DNA of 63,353 bases from a virus (Duplodnaviria > Heunggongvirae > Uroviricota > Caudoviricetes). Both the position numbers and the translations under genes were made by a program. The notes below the pieces were generated by a model. It was not told the origin of the DNA. It ran no database searches and saw only the letters and a list, made by a program, of their open reading frames with translations. The stretch lies in the IMG/VR virus record IMGVR_UViG_3300012324_000010. The stretch is one strand, 5' to 3'. The first letter of the stretch is position 1, and every line of letters begins with the position of its first letter. Shown here in pieces: positions 37,765 to 47,467 of this stretch.

Positions 37765-40116
37765 CTATCTACTATCTCCTGCTATCCTTTCTGACAATCT
37801 TCGGAAAATATTTTTCTTTCCCTTTTTAGGAGTATGAGTATAAGATGTCTTTGCTACAAAGAATTCTTGCAAAGAACTAAATCCTAATCTTGTTAGCATG
37901 ATTCCACATCTATCATAAATAGCTTTCTTTACCTCCTGTGGAGCATTGTTGAGATATGTATCCCCAGACACAGAGTTTTCTTCCCTCAATGCATCAATAG
38001 GAGGAATGGTAGCAATAATCCTAAAAGGTTTGAGCCTATCTTGTCCTATATAATACTGTTCTGAACGTGATTTGTTTAATACCACAGAAATAGAATGAGG
38101 ATTACGTGGTTTCTCACTAGAGCCAGGAACAGAAGAAGCTAGAACATCTAGTGCTGTTCTAGTTTGATCAATGCACCCCATATTTCCCACAACAACTACA
38201 CGGTGAGCTGTTTTCTTAGCAAGGATTTTATCTAGGGAAGAATATTCACCTACAGTGAGATTTCCATGGTCTACAATGACATCATCACCTTGTCTAGAAG
38301 CATAGGTGATAGCCATCAAAATAGCCATAGGAATAGATGTGCTAGTAGCATTCATAGACAATGGAGGACAAGCTAGAACATTGACTCCAGTTTCAGAATC
38401 TCTATAAATATTATCCTCAATACATTGTCTTACCTCTTCATTTCCCAATGATGCACGAGGAGAGTTGTCTAGAAGATAAGCAAGATTTCCTATGTGTTTT
38501 TTACCTGTTCCATATGCTGCTGCTAGTTTTGGAGAGTTATAATCTGATTCAATAAGCCATGTTCTTCCTGGGGTGTATCCAGGATTTTCTTTTGCTTCAT
38601 AAGCTCTAGCAAGAGACAATGAACTTGCCATTCCAATAGATACTAGAGTCTTTCCTACACCACCTTTACCTGCTGTGCATAGGATGATTCTTCCCACGCC
38701 TTTGGTGACATACTCATTGTCTTCTCCACCTTCAGCATGAACTGCACCACCAGAATACTCTTCAGTATTTCCAAACTGAGATCTAATATTCTCTTCTACT
38801 TTTTGTTCAGTTCTTCCTCTGTCAGTAAGGTAGTCATGATAGTTCTTTCTCGTTCCATCTTCACGCATTGTCTCTTCACTTCTGCTGCGAGACTGAACAT
38901 CTAGCTTATGAGCTTCACGATCATCTCTATCCATCTCCCTTGCACGCTTTTTGCTTCCTACAATAGCTTCTAGCTGTGAAAGAGGAGAACTATCTTCTTC
39001 CTTATCATCACTTTCTCTTTGACGCATCTTTTCTTTATCACGGATGGACTCTTTTCTTCTATTGCTCATCTGAGTGATAATCTCCATGGAATCTTCTTCC
39101 ATGGGTGAAGACTCATCAATTCCTTTTTCTTTCCTATATTCTTCTGGATCTCTTAGATCTTCAGAGGAAGAGTCTTTTTTATCATTATGATAAAAAGTAG
39201 AAGAATAATCATCATTATGTGATGCTTGAGAAGATTGAGGATTCTCCACCCCCATTTTCTCAGGAGAAATACCAGAATACTCTTCTTTTTCTTCATAGCT
39301 TGCAGGTGAAGCAGAAGAAGGATTGTCAAGACCGCTAAGAATATCATCTAGTTCTTGCTTGGGTTCATCTTTATAGCTTCCAGTAAGAGTTTCTTCTTCA
39401 GTGGGAACTAACTCAGCATCATAAATGACTTCTTCATCTTGTGCATCACTAGAATCTTCTGTATTTTCATATTCTTTCTCATTATCTTCATTGTGCTTGT
39501 GAGACTGTGATTCTTTATGAGAGTTTACTTGTTCATCTAGTGCATCAATGTCATCTAGTACTGAAGATGTCTCCTGTTTACCTTGATCATCTTCATTATC
39601 TTCATCTTCATTGCCTTGTTGCTTTGAGACAGGAGTTGACTGTGATTGACTAGCTTCTACTTCTGACAAATCCCCTAAAATATCAGAAAGAAGATCATCA
39701 GTAGAAGAATCATCATCAGAACTTCCACCCTCTACATCAGGAACATATTTTCCTGATTCCATCCAATTGATGATTTCTGATTCTGAAAGAGAAGAAAGAT
39801 CAATATGCTGGTATCCAGTATGCACAGTAATGCCAATTCTACCTAGTTTTTCAACTTCTTTTCTTCTCGTCTTCAAAGAATCAGAAGCTACACACAGAGC
39901 ATCTCCAATACGATAGTTATGAGGTTGTGTTTTATCCATGATAAAAGAACCTCTCACAATCTCCATTGGGCTGGAGTTCTCTATGCTGTAGAAATAGATA
40001 TTATCTTTTTTTACTCCAGTAGCATTCATAATCCTGGTGAGAGTTCTGTCCCCATGCTCAGAATCATCATGAGGGTTGTCAAAACCTACAAAAATGAGTG
40101 TATCAATGTTGTTCAT
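37765..40116 (-). CDS. ParA/MinD/CpaE-family ATPase with a long acidic linker
   Basis: GKGGVGKT deviant Walker A; LIESD; VIVDHG; VVLNK; amphipathic C-terminus. Confidence 0.8.
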   Translation of the reverse strand: MNNIDTLIFVGFDNPHDDSEHGDRTLTRIMNATGVKKDNIYFYSIENSSPMEIVRGSFIMDKTQPHNYRIGDALCVASDSLKTRRKEVEKLGRIGITVHTGYQHIDLSSLSESEIINWMESGKYVPDVEGGSSDDDSSTDDLLSDILGDLSEVEASQSQSTPVSKQQGNEDEDNEDDQGKQETSSVLDDIDALDEQVNSHKESQSHKHNEDNEKEYENTEDSSDAQDEEVIYDAELVPTEEETLTGSYKDEPKQELDDILSGLDNPSSASPASYEEKEEYSGISPEKMGVENPQSSQASHNDDYSSTFYHNDKKDSSSEDLRDPEEYRKEKGIDESSPMEEDSMEIITQMSNRRKESIRDKEKMRQRESDDKEEDSSPLSQLEAIVGSKKRAREMDRDDREAHKLDVQSRSRSEETMREDGTRKNYHDYLTDRGRTEQKVEENIRSQFGNTEEYSGGAVHAEGGEDNEYVTKGVGRIILCTAGKGGVGKTLVSIGMASSLSLARAYEAKENPGYTPGRTWLIESDYNSPKLAAAYGTGKKHIGNLAYLLDNSPRASLGNEEVRQCIEDNIYRDSETGVNVLACPPLSMNATSTSIPMAILMAITYASRQGDDVIVDHGNLTVGEYSSLDKILAKKTAHRVVVVGNMGCIDQTRTALDVLASSVPGSSEKPRNPHSISVVLNKSRSEQYYIGQDRLKPFRIIATIPPIDALREENSVSGDTYLNNAPQEVKKAIYDRCGIMLTRLGFSSLQEFFVAKTSYTHTPKKGKKNIFRRLSERIAGDSR

Positions 40117-40128
40117 ATTTATGTCCCT

Positions 40129-41529
40129 TTACTTGTCTGAAGAGGATTTTGTTTTCTTAGTTGAATGTTTATGGCTTTTATGCTTTGAAGATTTGCTCTT
40201 CTTAGAAGATGATGTGGTACTAGAAGATTTATCTTCTGATGTGCTAGTTGGAGTGTCAGTATCCTGGCTCAAAGATGGTGCTCCAGGAACTGAACCTACA
40301 TTGCTTTCAGAAGGGCTTAGATTCTCCCCTGTGGGTTGCTCTTGCTCTGAAGGATCATTGATACTATCACCATCTTCACTTTCTCCATCTTTACCTGTTA
40401 CCACAGGCATAACTGCATTCATTCTAGGTCTCAATGTTTGCCACATTCCACCTGGTCCCCAAGCTAGAATATCAGCTTCACCCTCATCAAAGTTTCCTAG
40501 GAGGATATCCATGACTTGCAAGGGGGCAAATTTTCCATCAGAAGAAGAACCAGAAATATCATCACTATTTGAAGATCCGCTAGAAACAGTAGATGACATA
40601 GAGAACTGAACCCTAGCAACAATACGTTGTTCTCCTGTCTCCTTATCCTCATATTGATAAGCCCATACATCCTCTGGGTTTCCCTCTAGGCTGAATCCAC
40701 CTACACCAGGGTATACTGCTTCAACCCTATTGTCTCCTGTAAGAGACTTCAAAGTATCACTATCATTTTGAGCATAAGCAGAAGCCCATCTGGTGATATT
40801 ATTGATTGTACCTTCATTGAGCTGAGCTTCCTCAAAATCTTCTCCAGTAGGTTTAGATCCTTCTACATCAGCTGTAACCAATCTATCCATAGGTAGTATG
40901 GTAGGAGGTGATACTAGATAAGGAAGCTGCTGAGGATCATCAATATTAGGAATGATAAGATATACACCAAACTCATATTGCCTTCCATCAATAACACCAG
41001 AGTATCTTAAAACCTCATTTTTAGGCTTAGAGAAAAGCTCTTTATCTTTTTTATCTATGTCCCCACCGTTAAAATCTGTTTGGTAAGCTTCTACTAAGCT
41101 TAATCCTTCCACGTCAACAGGGCTAGAGTTTCCACTTCCATCTGATCCTTGTTGTGCTGTCCATTCCACATTAGACATAAGATTTACCGGAGGTGTCTGG
41201 TGTGCAAAATACGTTCTAATAATAGATTCTCCCAGTGAATCATAACGAGACTTAAAAGCAGGAGATGCATTTTGTTCTACTTGTGTTTTCAAACTAGATG
41301 TTTTTCCATTTGACACCAAAGATACTCCAGCAGCTACTGTAAAAAAAGTAAAAATAGCAATAAGAAGTGCAATGATAGATTTTCTTCTTATTTCTACACT
41401 TCTTTGAGAAGAACCTCTTAAAGGTTTAATTCCTTGAAACTCTAAAGCTTTTTCGCTGGTAACAAAAGGAAGATCTTTTTCTCCAAAATCGTCTCTATCT
41501 GGACGTTGCTTCTTTTTACCAAAGGCCAT
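40129..41529 (-). CDS. Bitopic TcpC/VirB8-like conjugation protein
   Basis: One TM followed by two NTF2-like-looking halves (WASAYAQNDSDTLKSLTGD). Confidence 0.5.
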   Translation of the reverse strand: MAFGKKKQRPDRDDFGEKDLPFVTSEKALEFQGIKPLRGSSQRSVEIRRKSIIALLIAIFTFFTVAAGVSLVSNGKTSSLKTQVEQNASPAFKSRYDSLGESIIRTYFAHQTPPVNLMSNVEWTAQQGSDGSGNSSPVDVEGLSLVEAYQTDFNGGDIDKKDKELFSKPKNEVLRYSGVIDGRQYEFGVYLIIPNIDDPQQLPYLVSPPTILPMDRLVTADVEGSKPTGEDFEEAQLNEGTINNITRWASAYAQNDSDTLKSLTGDNRVEAVYPGVGGFSLEGNPEDVWAYQYEDKETGEQRIVARVQFSMSSTVSSGSSNSDDISGSSSDGKFAPLQVMDILLGNFDEGEADILAWGPGGMWQTLRPRMNAVMPVVTGKDGESEDGDSINDPSEQEQPTGENLSPSESNVGSVPGAPSLSQDTDTPTSTSEDKSSSTTSSSKKSKSSKHKSHKHSTKKTKSSSDK

Positions 41530-41630
41530 GAACGTACTCCAAACTTTGTGTCCCTTTAATATATCTATGAAAAATAGCGTGTCTTATCAATATAAAACAC
41601 GCTACCACAATTTAGTCTTTATTAGAGAAG

Positions 41631-41885
41631 CTAGGAAAAAGGAATCACCCTTCCCTCTTCATCACGAGGTTTGCTATTGCACCAAGAATCAAGATCTTCT
41701 TTTAGATCATCAAAACTACTCCATGTCTTTTCTGTATCCACATCATGGTATTCACGATCAGGTTGGGTAATATCAGGAGAAATAGAACACTTTCCATTGT
41801 CATTAAGATAGAAAGTCATTATCCCACTTTTAGTTCCATCTACAGTATTTACTGTTATTCTATTTTCATAGTTTAAGCATTGCAT
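41631..41885 (-). CDS. Small hypothetical protein
   Basis: 84 aa, overlaps the upstream gene end. Confidence 0.55.
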   Translation of the reverse strand: MQCLNYENRITVNTVDGTKSGIMTFYLNDNGKCSISPDITQPDREYHDVDTEKTWSSFDDLKEDLDSWCNSKPRDEEGRVIPFS

Positions 41886-42700
41886 TTATCCAGCTGCCCC
41901 TTTAAAGTATTGAGTTCATCTTGTGTAATAGTCATACCATACTTCGCTTTGATATAAGCATATCTATCAGCATAATCACAATGATATTTAGAACCTTGTG
42001 GAGGGAACCATTCATCAATAGATTGATCACCTTTACTTCTATTAAGTGAACTATCACTAATGACAAGATTAGCCTTATCATTGGCAAACATATTGCGCAA
42101 AGATTCTTCTGCTTGAGACATTCCAGAACGCCATCCTAAAGACAATGCTACTACATGGTCAATGTCAAAATCACCTTTGTTTTTGCTCTTGGCATAAGTG
42201 ATTTTTCCAGACTTGTTCTTTTTACCATATCTGTCTTCAAATACGCCTGAGGTTATCTTGCAGCTCTTAGTGTATTTAACATTTTTACCTTGCTCAATCA
42301 AAACAGCATTGCGCACACTGCATTTCTTGTTAGGAAAATATTTCCACCCAGCATCTAGTGATTCCTGCATAGAAACCTTGTTCCATGTTCCAGAGTGAAT
42401 GAAGAACTTATTTCTTTTGTATCCTGGATCTTCTTGGAAATCATGAACATTGTTGTCAAGAATCTCTAAAGCCTTATTGTTGTAGTCAGCATAAGGTCTT
42501 TGTGGATTATCTCCTGAATCTTTGAAATATTTATCCCAATGAGGAGCATCTGCACGTTCATTTCCAGTGGAGTTGCCAATCTTTTCTCCTGCAGAATCTC
42601 CAGCTTCCATGATTTTATCTAGCCAGTTTTCCTGGTAGCCAAACCACACTACAGCAACAATGACAGCAATGGCAGACAGTTGCTTAATAAGTTCTCTCAT
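41873..42700 (-). CDS. Exported DUF1524-type HNH nuclease
   Basis: N-terminal TM; DIDHVVAL, FANDKANL, NRSKGDQSIDEWFPP, CDYA. Confidence 0.88.
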   Translation of the reverse strand: MRELIKQLSAIAVIVAVVWFGYQENWLDKIMEAGDSAGEKIGNSTGNERADAPHWDKYFKDSGDNPQRPYADYNNKALEILDNNVHDFQEDPGYKRNKFFIHSGTWNKVSMQESLDAGWKYFPNKKCSVRNAVLIEQGKNVKYTKSCKITSGVFEDRYGKKNKSGKITYAKSKNKGDFDIDHVVALSLGWRSGMSQAEESLRNMFANDKANLVISDSSLNRSKGDQSIDEWFPPQGSKYHCDYADRYAYIKAKYGMTITQDELNTLKGQLDKCNA

Positions 42701-42709
42701 TATATCTTT

Positions 42710-43606
42710 TTATTCCTCTTCTGATGCATTCCACAATTCAAAAGCATCTAGCCAGTCTTGTGCGTTAGTTTTTGTAATATAAGATATTGTATCAAGAATA
42801 GTTGGATCTTTCCAAGCACCTTCATTATCTTTTAAGATAAGATCCATGGTGAAATTGTTGATCCTTCCATCTGAAGCATCAATAAAGTCTTCTTTATCCA
42901 TTTGTGCTGAGATATTCATCCAGTTAGTCAAAATGGTAGCAGGGGAAGGATTGCCTTCTCTATAATCATCAACAGGTTCAATGTATTCTAATGAAGTTCC
43001 CTCTTCTACCATATTTTCATATTCTTCTTGCTCTCTTAAAGCTTGAGTAGAACGCTCTCTTGCTTCATTGAAAGCAGAACCCATATCAAGCTGTGATAAG
43101 AAAGGTATCTCTGGCATAGGCCACTTCCATAATGCTATGTCCCTATAACGAAATTGGAAGTTAAGCAATAGAAGAAAACCTAAAACTGTAGCACCAATAC
43201 CGCCAGGAATACCAAGGAAAAGAGGTGCTACAGCAACAACAATCATTGCTATTGCATAAGCAGAGTGTCTAGCAAGCCTTGCTTTTCTTTCAGGAGAATA
43301 ATAATACCTGCACACCCATGGTTTTACCATCAAAGGTTCTACATATTCATTTCCTTCTTCATCAACATCAATTTGACTTTCAGGAATATCCTCTTCATCA
43401 TAATGAGCAGGGTAAAATACAGAAAAGGTAGAAGCAAAAATAGATTTACTAGACTCTTCCAAACGCTTATCAGCATCTTTCAATGCATTTTCAACGCCTT
43501 TTCTTCTTCTAGAACCCTTTGCACTATTTTGATCAGCAGAAGATTCTTCATGCACAAAATCTTCTGTAGTAGAATCTTTTTCTGTTAAGTCTTTATTACT
43601 ATCCAT
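42710..43606 (-). CDS. Two-TM membrane protein with a possible HigA/XRE-like C-terminal domain
   Basis: Two TMs; PSPATIL ... TKTNAQDWLDAFELWN. Confidence 0.55.
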   Translation of the reverse strand: MDSNKDLTEKDSTTEDFVHEESSADQNSAKGSRRRKGVENALKDADKRLEESSKSIFASTFSVFYPAHYDEEDIPESQIDVDEEGNEYVEPLMVKPWVCRYYYSPERKARLARHSAYAIAMIVVAVAPLFLGIPGGIGATVLGFLLLLNFQFRYRDIALWKWPMPEIPFLSQLDMGSAFNEARERSTQALREQEEYENMVEEGTSLEYIEPVDDYREGNPSPATILTNWMNISAQMDKEDFIDASDGRINNFTMDLILKDNEGAWKDPTILDTISYITKTNAQDWLDAFELWNASEEE

Positions 43607-44786
43607 AGTTTTCTATGTCCCCTGGTGTTGATTGAGTTGTTGCAGAAGTATCTATGGTATCAAAAATACCATGGGTTGTATTTTCATCGTAGATGAGATT
43701 CCCCATTTCATCTTCACCTATAAGATCAATTGTTGTAGAGGATATATCTTGTGGATTCAATGTGGAAGCAAGTTTTATCAAAGGTAAAATATCAGAAGTA
43801 GACAATCCATCAATGGTGGTATTGGGAAGAACTTTAGTCATAACATCTTTGACAGTGGAAAGCTGTGTGGCGGTGGAAGCTGCTTTGATCTTTTCCACAA
43901 TCGCTTCTGCTACCTTTTGTTGTCTTTTCACTCTATCCAAATCACTTTTAGCAGTTCCTTCTACTTTTCTTGCCCTTGCATAGTTTAAAGCTGTTCTACC
44001 ATCTACATGATGTGTTCCTGATGTATCAAAAATCTTTCCTAATGTATCATCTACCACAGGTCCTGAAGTAGTGATATCTACACCCCCAAGAGAATCAATC
44101 ACTGTAGAAAAAGATTCAAAATTAAAAGCTACAGCACCATCAATAACCTCTCCAGTCATTGATGCTACAACATCTTCTAGGCAATCAATCCCATAATCAT
44201 CATAGATGCTATTTATCTTAACAACTGAAGAACTATCACCATTGGTACAAGATTGGGTTGTAACACCTGTGTCCCTGGGAATAGAAGCAATAGAGACAAT
44301 ATGATCACTATCAGGATTCATTTTCACCACTGCTAGAGCATCTGTTCTGTTTCCAGGAACATCTTGTGATGTTCCATCTCCTTGATCTTTATCAGGTCTA
44401 GTATCCATGCCAGCAACAATAATGGTTTTTTCTCCTGTAGGAGAAGATATATCATCCATTGTTTCTTCAGAAGAAATAGCTTGAGACACCACAGGTGATT
44501 GCAAAGCAGCAACACAACCTGTACCAAGTAAAACAACCCCTCCTAATGCTGCACCACTTAAAAACAAGGGAACAGACTTATTTTTATTTTTTCCTTGGAG
44601 TTTTTCACCTGTTACTTTATAAAAAGCTCTATGTTCAGAGTAACCATTGTTAATAAGCCTTATTACTTCATCAGCTCTGACTTTCTTATATTCCTGATGA
44701 CTCATTTCTAATGGAATGGAAGTTGGAACTTTAATAGAGTTATATATACGTGTATAGTGCTGCTGAGGGGTTTCACGCTGTGGCAT
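43599..44786 (-). CDS. LytR-CpsA-Psr (LCP) family protein
   Basis: GMDTR, RTDAL, SIPRDT, KINS, ALNYARAR, DLDRVKRQQ. Confidence 0.93.
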   Translation of the reverse strand: MPQRETPQQHYTRIYNSIKVPTSIPLEMSHQEYKKVRADEVIRLINNGYSEHRAFYKVTGEKLQGKNKNKSVPLFLSGAALGGVVLLGTGCVAALQSPVVSQAISSEETMDDISSPTGEKTIIVAGMDTRPDKDQGDGTSQDVPGNRTDALAVVKMNPDSDHIVSIASIPRDTGVTTQSCTNGDSSSVVKINSIYDDYGIDCLEDVVASMTGEVIDGAVAFNFESFSTVIDSLGGVDITTSGPVVDDTLGKIFDTSGTHHVDGRTALNYARARKVEGTAKSDLDRVKRQQKVAEAIVEKIKAASTATQLSTVKDVMTKVLPNTTIDGLSTSDILPLIKLASTLNPQDISSTTIDLIGEDEMGNLIYDENTTHGIFDTIDTSATTQSTPGDIENYG

Positions 44787-44848
44787 AGATTACACGCTCA
44801 TTTCCTTTGTCTTGTTGTGCAAATAACTACTCATAGAATATAGTTGAT

Positions 44849-45685
44849 TTATTCTTCTGTAGAAGAATCACTATTGTTTTCTACTTTATCTGCAGGTATA
44901 ACAATCTCGCGCAAAGGTTTTCCAGACAACATGAGTTGAGTCCAGTTTGCAGGAAGATCTTCAGGGTGGGTAATCACTTCATCACCTACAATAACAGCTG
45001 TATCACCATTTCCTTCTCTTCCTAGTCCAAAGTGCTCTGCAAAGAACTCACCATTGGTAGTAGTTTGTGTTGCAGCTTCATTAGTAGAGACTGGACATTT
45101 AACATCCTTTGCCATTCCCATCATATTAGATACCTTCTTGACATCTTCATTTCCAGAAACTTTATCTCCAGTGTTGACAATTCCAGTCAAGGTAAAGATT
45201 CCAGTTTTTGTCTTCTCAGCACCAATGCGGCAAATAGATGCCCTAGTAATAGAATCTGTAGATAGTTGCTTATCTTCTTTTCCTACAGGGTAGTAATAAA
45301 CAGTGATTTTATTATGATTGACAGCATTCATAAATTCACTAGGCTTACCATTGACAATCTGTGATTCACGAGAAAGAACTGAAGGATCACCTACAATGGA
45401 TACTACAGGCTTTGCAGGATCAGGATTAGCACCAAACACCAAAGCTGTACCTTCTGATAGCCTTCCTAGAATATCAGTAGATACATTATCTGGAGATTTC
45501 ACTTGCTTTTCATCATCTTCTTTACTAGAAGAAAATGATGGAAGAGAATCTTTTACTCCAGAAAGCATAGGTGTTTTAAGGAGAAAAAATCCAGCAAGAG
45601 CAACAAGTGCAATGACAATAAGTACTACTAGGGTATTTTTTACCCATGGCTGTGACATTCCTGTAGTTTTTCTGCGTCGTGACAT
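44849..45685 (-). CDS. Membrane-anchored DsbA-like fold protein lacking CxxC
   Basis: TM; PVVSIVGDPSVLS where DxxCPxC is expected; KITVYYYPV; TAVIVGDE. Confidence 0.45.
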   Translation of the reverse strand: MSRRRKTTGMSQPWVKNTLVVLIVIALVALAGFFLLKTPMLSGVKDSLPSFSSSKEDDEKQVKSPDNVSTDILGRLSEGTALVFGANPDPAKPVVSIVGDPSVLSRESQIVNGKPSEFMNAVNHNKITVYYYPVGKEDKQLSTDSITRASICRIGAEKTKTGIFTLTGIVNTGDKVSGNEDVKKVSNMMGMAKDVKCPVSTNEAATQTTTNGEFFAEHFGLGREGNGDTAVIVGDEVITHPEDLPANWTQLMLSGKPLREIVIPADKVENNSDSSTEE

Positions 45686-45709
45686 ACTTTATACCCCTTA
45701 TGTAACCTT

Positions 45710-46699
45710 TCATTGTAGATTTATATCTGGAACAGAACGTTCAATCTCACTAATCACTGATGTGATTGGTGAATAAAATGCAACGTTGTTTGTTGCACAT
45801 TTATGGTTATCAATATCATTTTGTGAAGCTGATGTAGATGATAATACCCCAATAATACCCTCTTTATCAAAAATGGGGGAACCAGAATCACCTGGAAGAG
45901 CACACAAGTATGCTTTTGACATTACAGCAATGATTTCTTTTTGGTGTGGTTCTGTAACTCTCAACTGTGTTCTTACATTATCTTCACCCTTTTTCCCACA
46001 ATCAAACCCTGTAGTATATCCTCTTTTGCACACAGTTTTGTCTTGAGGTCTGGGGTAAGTATCCAAAGCCATAGTGATCTTAGTGGAATGTGAAGGTCTT
46101 TGTGCTTTGGGATCAAGTTTAATTGCAGCCCAATCAGTAGAACCCGTCTTTTCATTCATTTTGGATGAATAAACTATCTTCCCTAAATAATGAGCTGTGG
46201 AAAAATCACCTCCTTGAGGAGCTGAATAAATAGACTGTCCAGGTTTCCCACAGTGCCCCGCAGTAATAGCATAGGAATACTTGTTGTTTTTGCTAGGAAT
46301 TGAAAAAGATACAGTGCATGCATCAAAAGATACTGTGGTTTTAGTTCTTTTCTTCACAACAGCTATAGGGGTTGCTGGAAGAAGTCCAGAACTTCCTATA
46401 GCACTGCTAGTAGGAGGTTTTAGTTGATAGATAGAACCTTCTATTTCAGGAGAAGGTGCTCTAGTGGTGGCATTTTGCTCAGGTGGAGGGGTTGTGGCAT
46501 CTACTGCTGAAGGCATATCTTGCTCTTCAATAATAGGAGCCTGTGGCTGGGAACCAATAGCAGTAATAGTAGGATCATTGTTATCTTCATTAACAAAAGG
46601 AAGAGAACTTATAGGAATGCTTCCTGTATAAACCAATGCTGACAAAACTAGGAACACACATATGATGACTACAGTGATATTTTTCAAAAGATCTTTCAT
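45710..46699 (-). CDS. Exported trypsin-like (S1) serine protease
   Basis: ITAGHC, DWAAI, CKRGYTTG, PGDSGSP catalytic triad; likely start MKDLL. Confidence 0.93.
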   Translation of the reverse strand: MKDLLKNITVVIICVFLVLSALVYTGSIPISSLPFVNEDNNDPTITAIGSQPQAPIIEEQDMPSAVDATTPPPEQNATTRAPSPEIEGSIYQLKPPTSSAIGSSGLLPATPIAVVKKRTKTTVSFDACTVSFSIPSKNNKYSYAITAGHCGKPGQSIYSAPQGGDFSTAHYLGKIVYSSKMNEKTGSTDWAAIKLDPKAQRPSHSTKITMALDTYPRPQDKTVCKRGYTTGFDCGKKGEDNVRTQLRVTEPHQKEIIAVMSKAYLCALPGDSGSPIFDKEGIIGVLSSTSASQNDIDNHKCATNNVAFYSPITSVISEIERSVPDINLQ

Positions 46700-46759
46700 A
46701 TGTGTGTCCCCTTTGTACAATGCTATTTTCCCAACTGGCATAGTATACCAGCTACAGCA

Positions 46760-47461
46760 TTACTCCTGTGGAGGAAGTTGTCCTCCTTCTACTGAAGTGG
46801 AATCTTCTTTTTTGATACTTGTGTCAGGAACTTTTTCTCCAGGTTTATTCATCACATCAACATAAGAATCTGTATGGAGGGTCATCTTCCCCATGAATCC
46901 TTGAGACATATCATTATACTTGCGAATATCATTCATCATGGAGTTAGCAGTATCAGTAAACTCTTTACACATACCCTTGTAATCAATGGTATCTACTTCC
47001 AGTGAATAAGTAGAAATATCACATGCTGCATAATAAGGAGCAATCTTCACTGCTTCTTTCTCCCTTTCTCCATGCTTATCAAAAGTAGGAGAGCTAGAAT
47101 CAAAATGTCCAATAACATTGGATAAGATGCGAGTGGATTTAACAGACATGTCTTCTTTGCCAATCTTTTCTTCCATTTCATCTGCTTTGTCTCGCAAATC
47201 TTGAGGAAGTTGTGGATCAGAAAAACTATCATGAACACTAACTAAAGATGTATTAAACTCGTCAATGGAGTTGTCAGTTTCTTTCTTTGATTGTTCAACG
47301 GCAGCAAAAATGATTGCATAAGCAATGATAATGCATGCAATGACAAATATTGTCAATATTGTTTTCCAATGACTCTTATTTCTACCTGATGATACAGGAA
47401 TAGAGTTATAAGAATACTGATCTTCTGTTGAACCAAAAGGGTTATATTTTACTTCCTTCAC
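46760..47461 (-). CDS. Single-TM hypothetical protein
   Basis: 233 aa, one TM, helical ectodomain. Confidence 0.7.
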   Translation of the reverse strand: MKEVKYNPFGSTEDQYSYNSIPVSSGRNKSHWKTILTIFVIACIIIAYAIIFAAVEQSKKETDNSIDEFNTSLVSVHDSFSDPQLPQDLRDKADEMEEKIGKEDMSVKSTRILSNVIGHFDSSSPTFDKHGEREKEAVKIAPYYAACDISTYSLEVDTIDYKGMCKEFTDTANSMMNDIRKYNDMSQGFMGKMTLHTDSYVDVMNKPGEKVPDTSIKKEDSTSVEGGQLPPQE

Positions 47462-47467
47462 TTTTTA

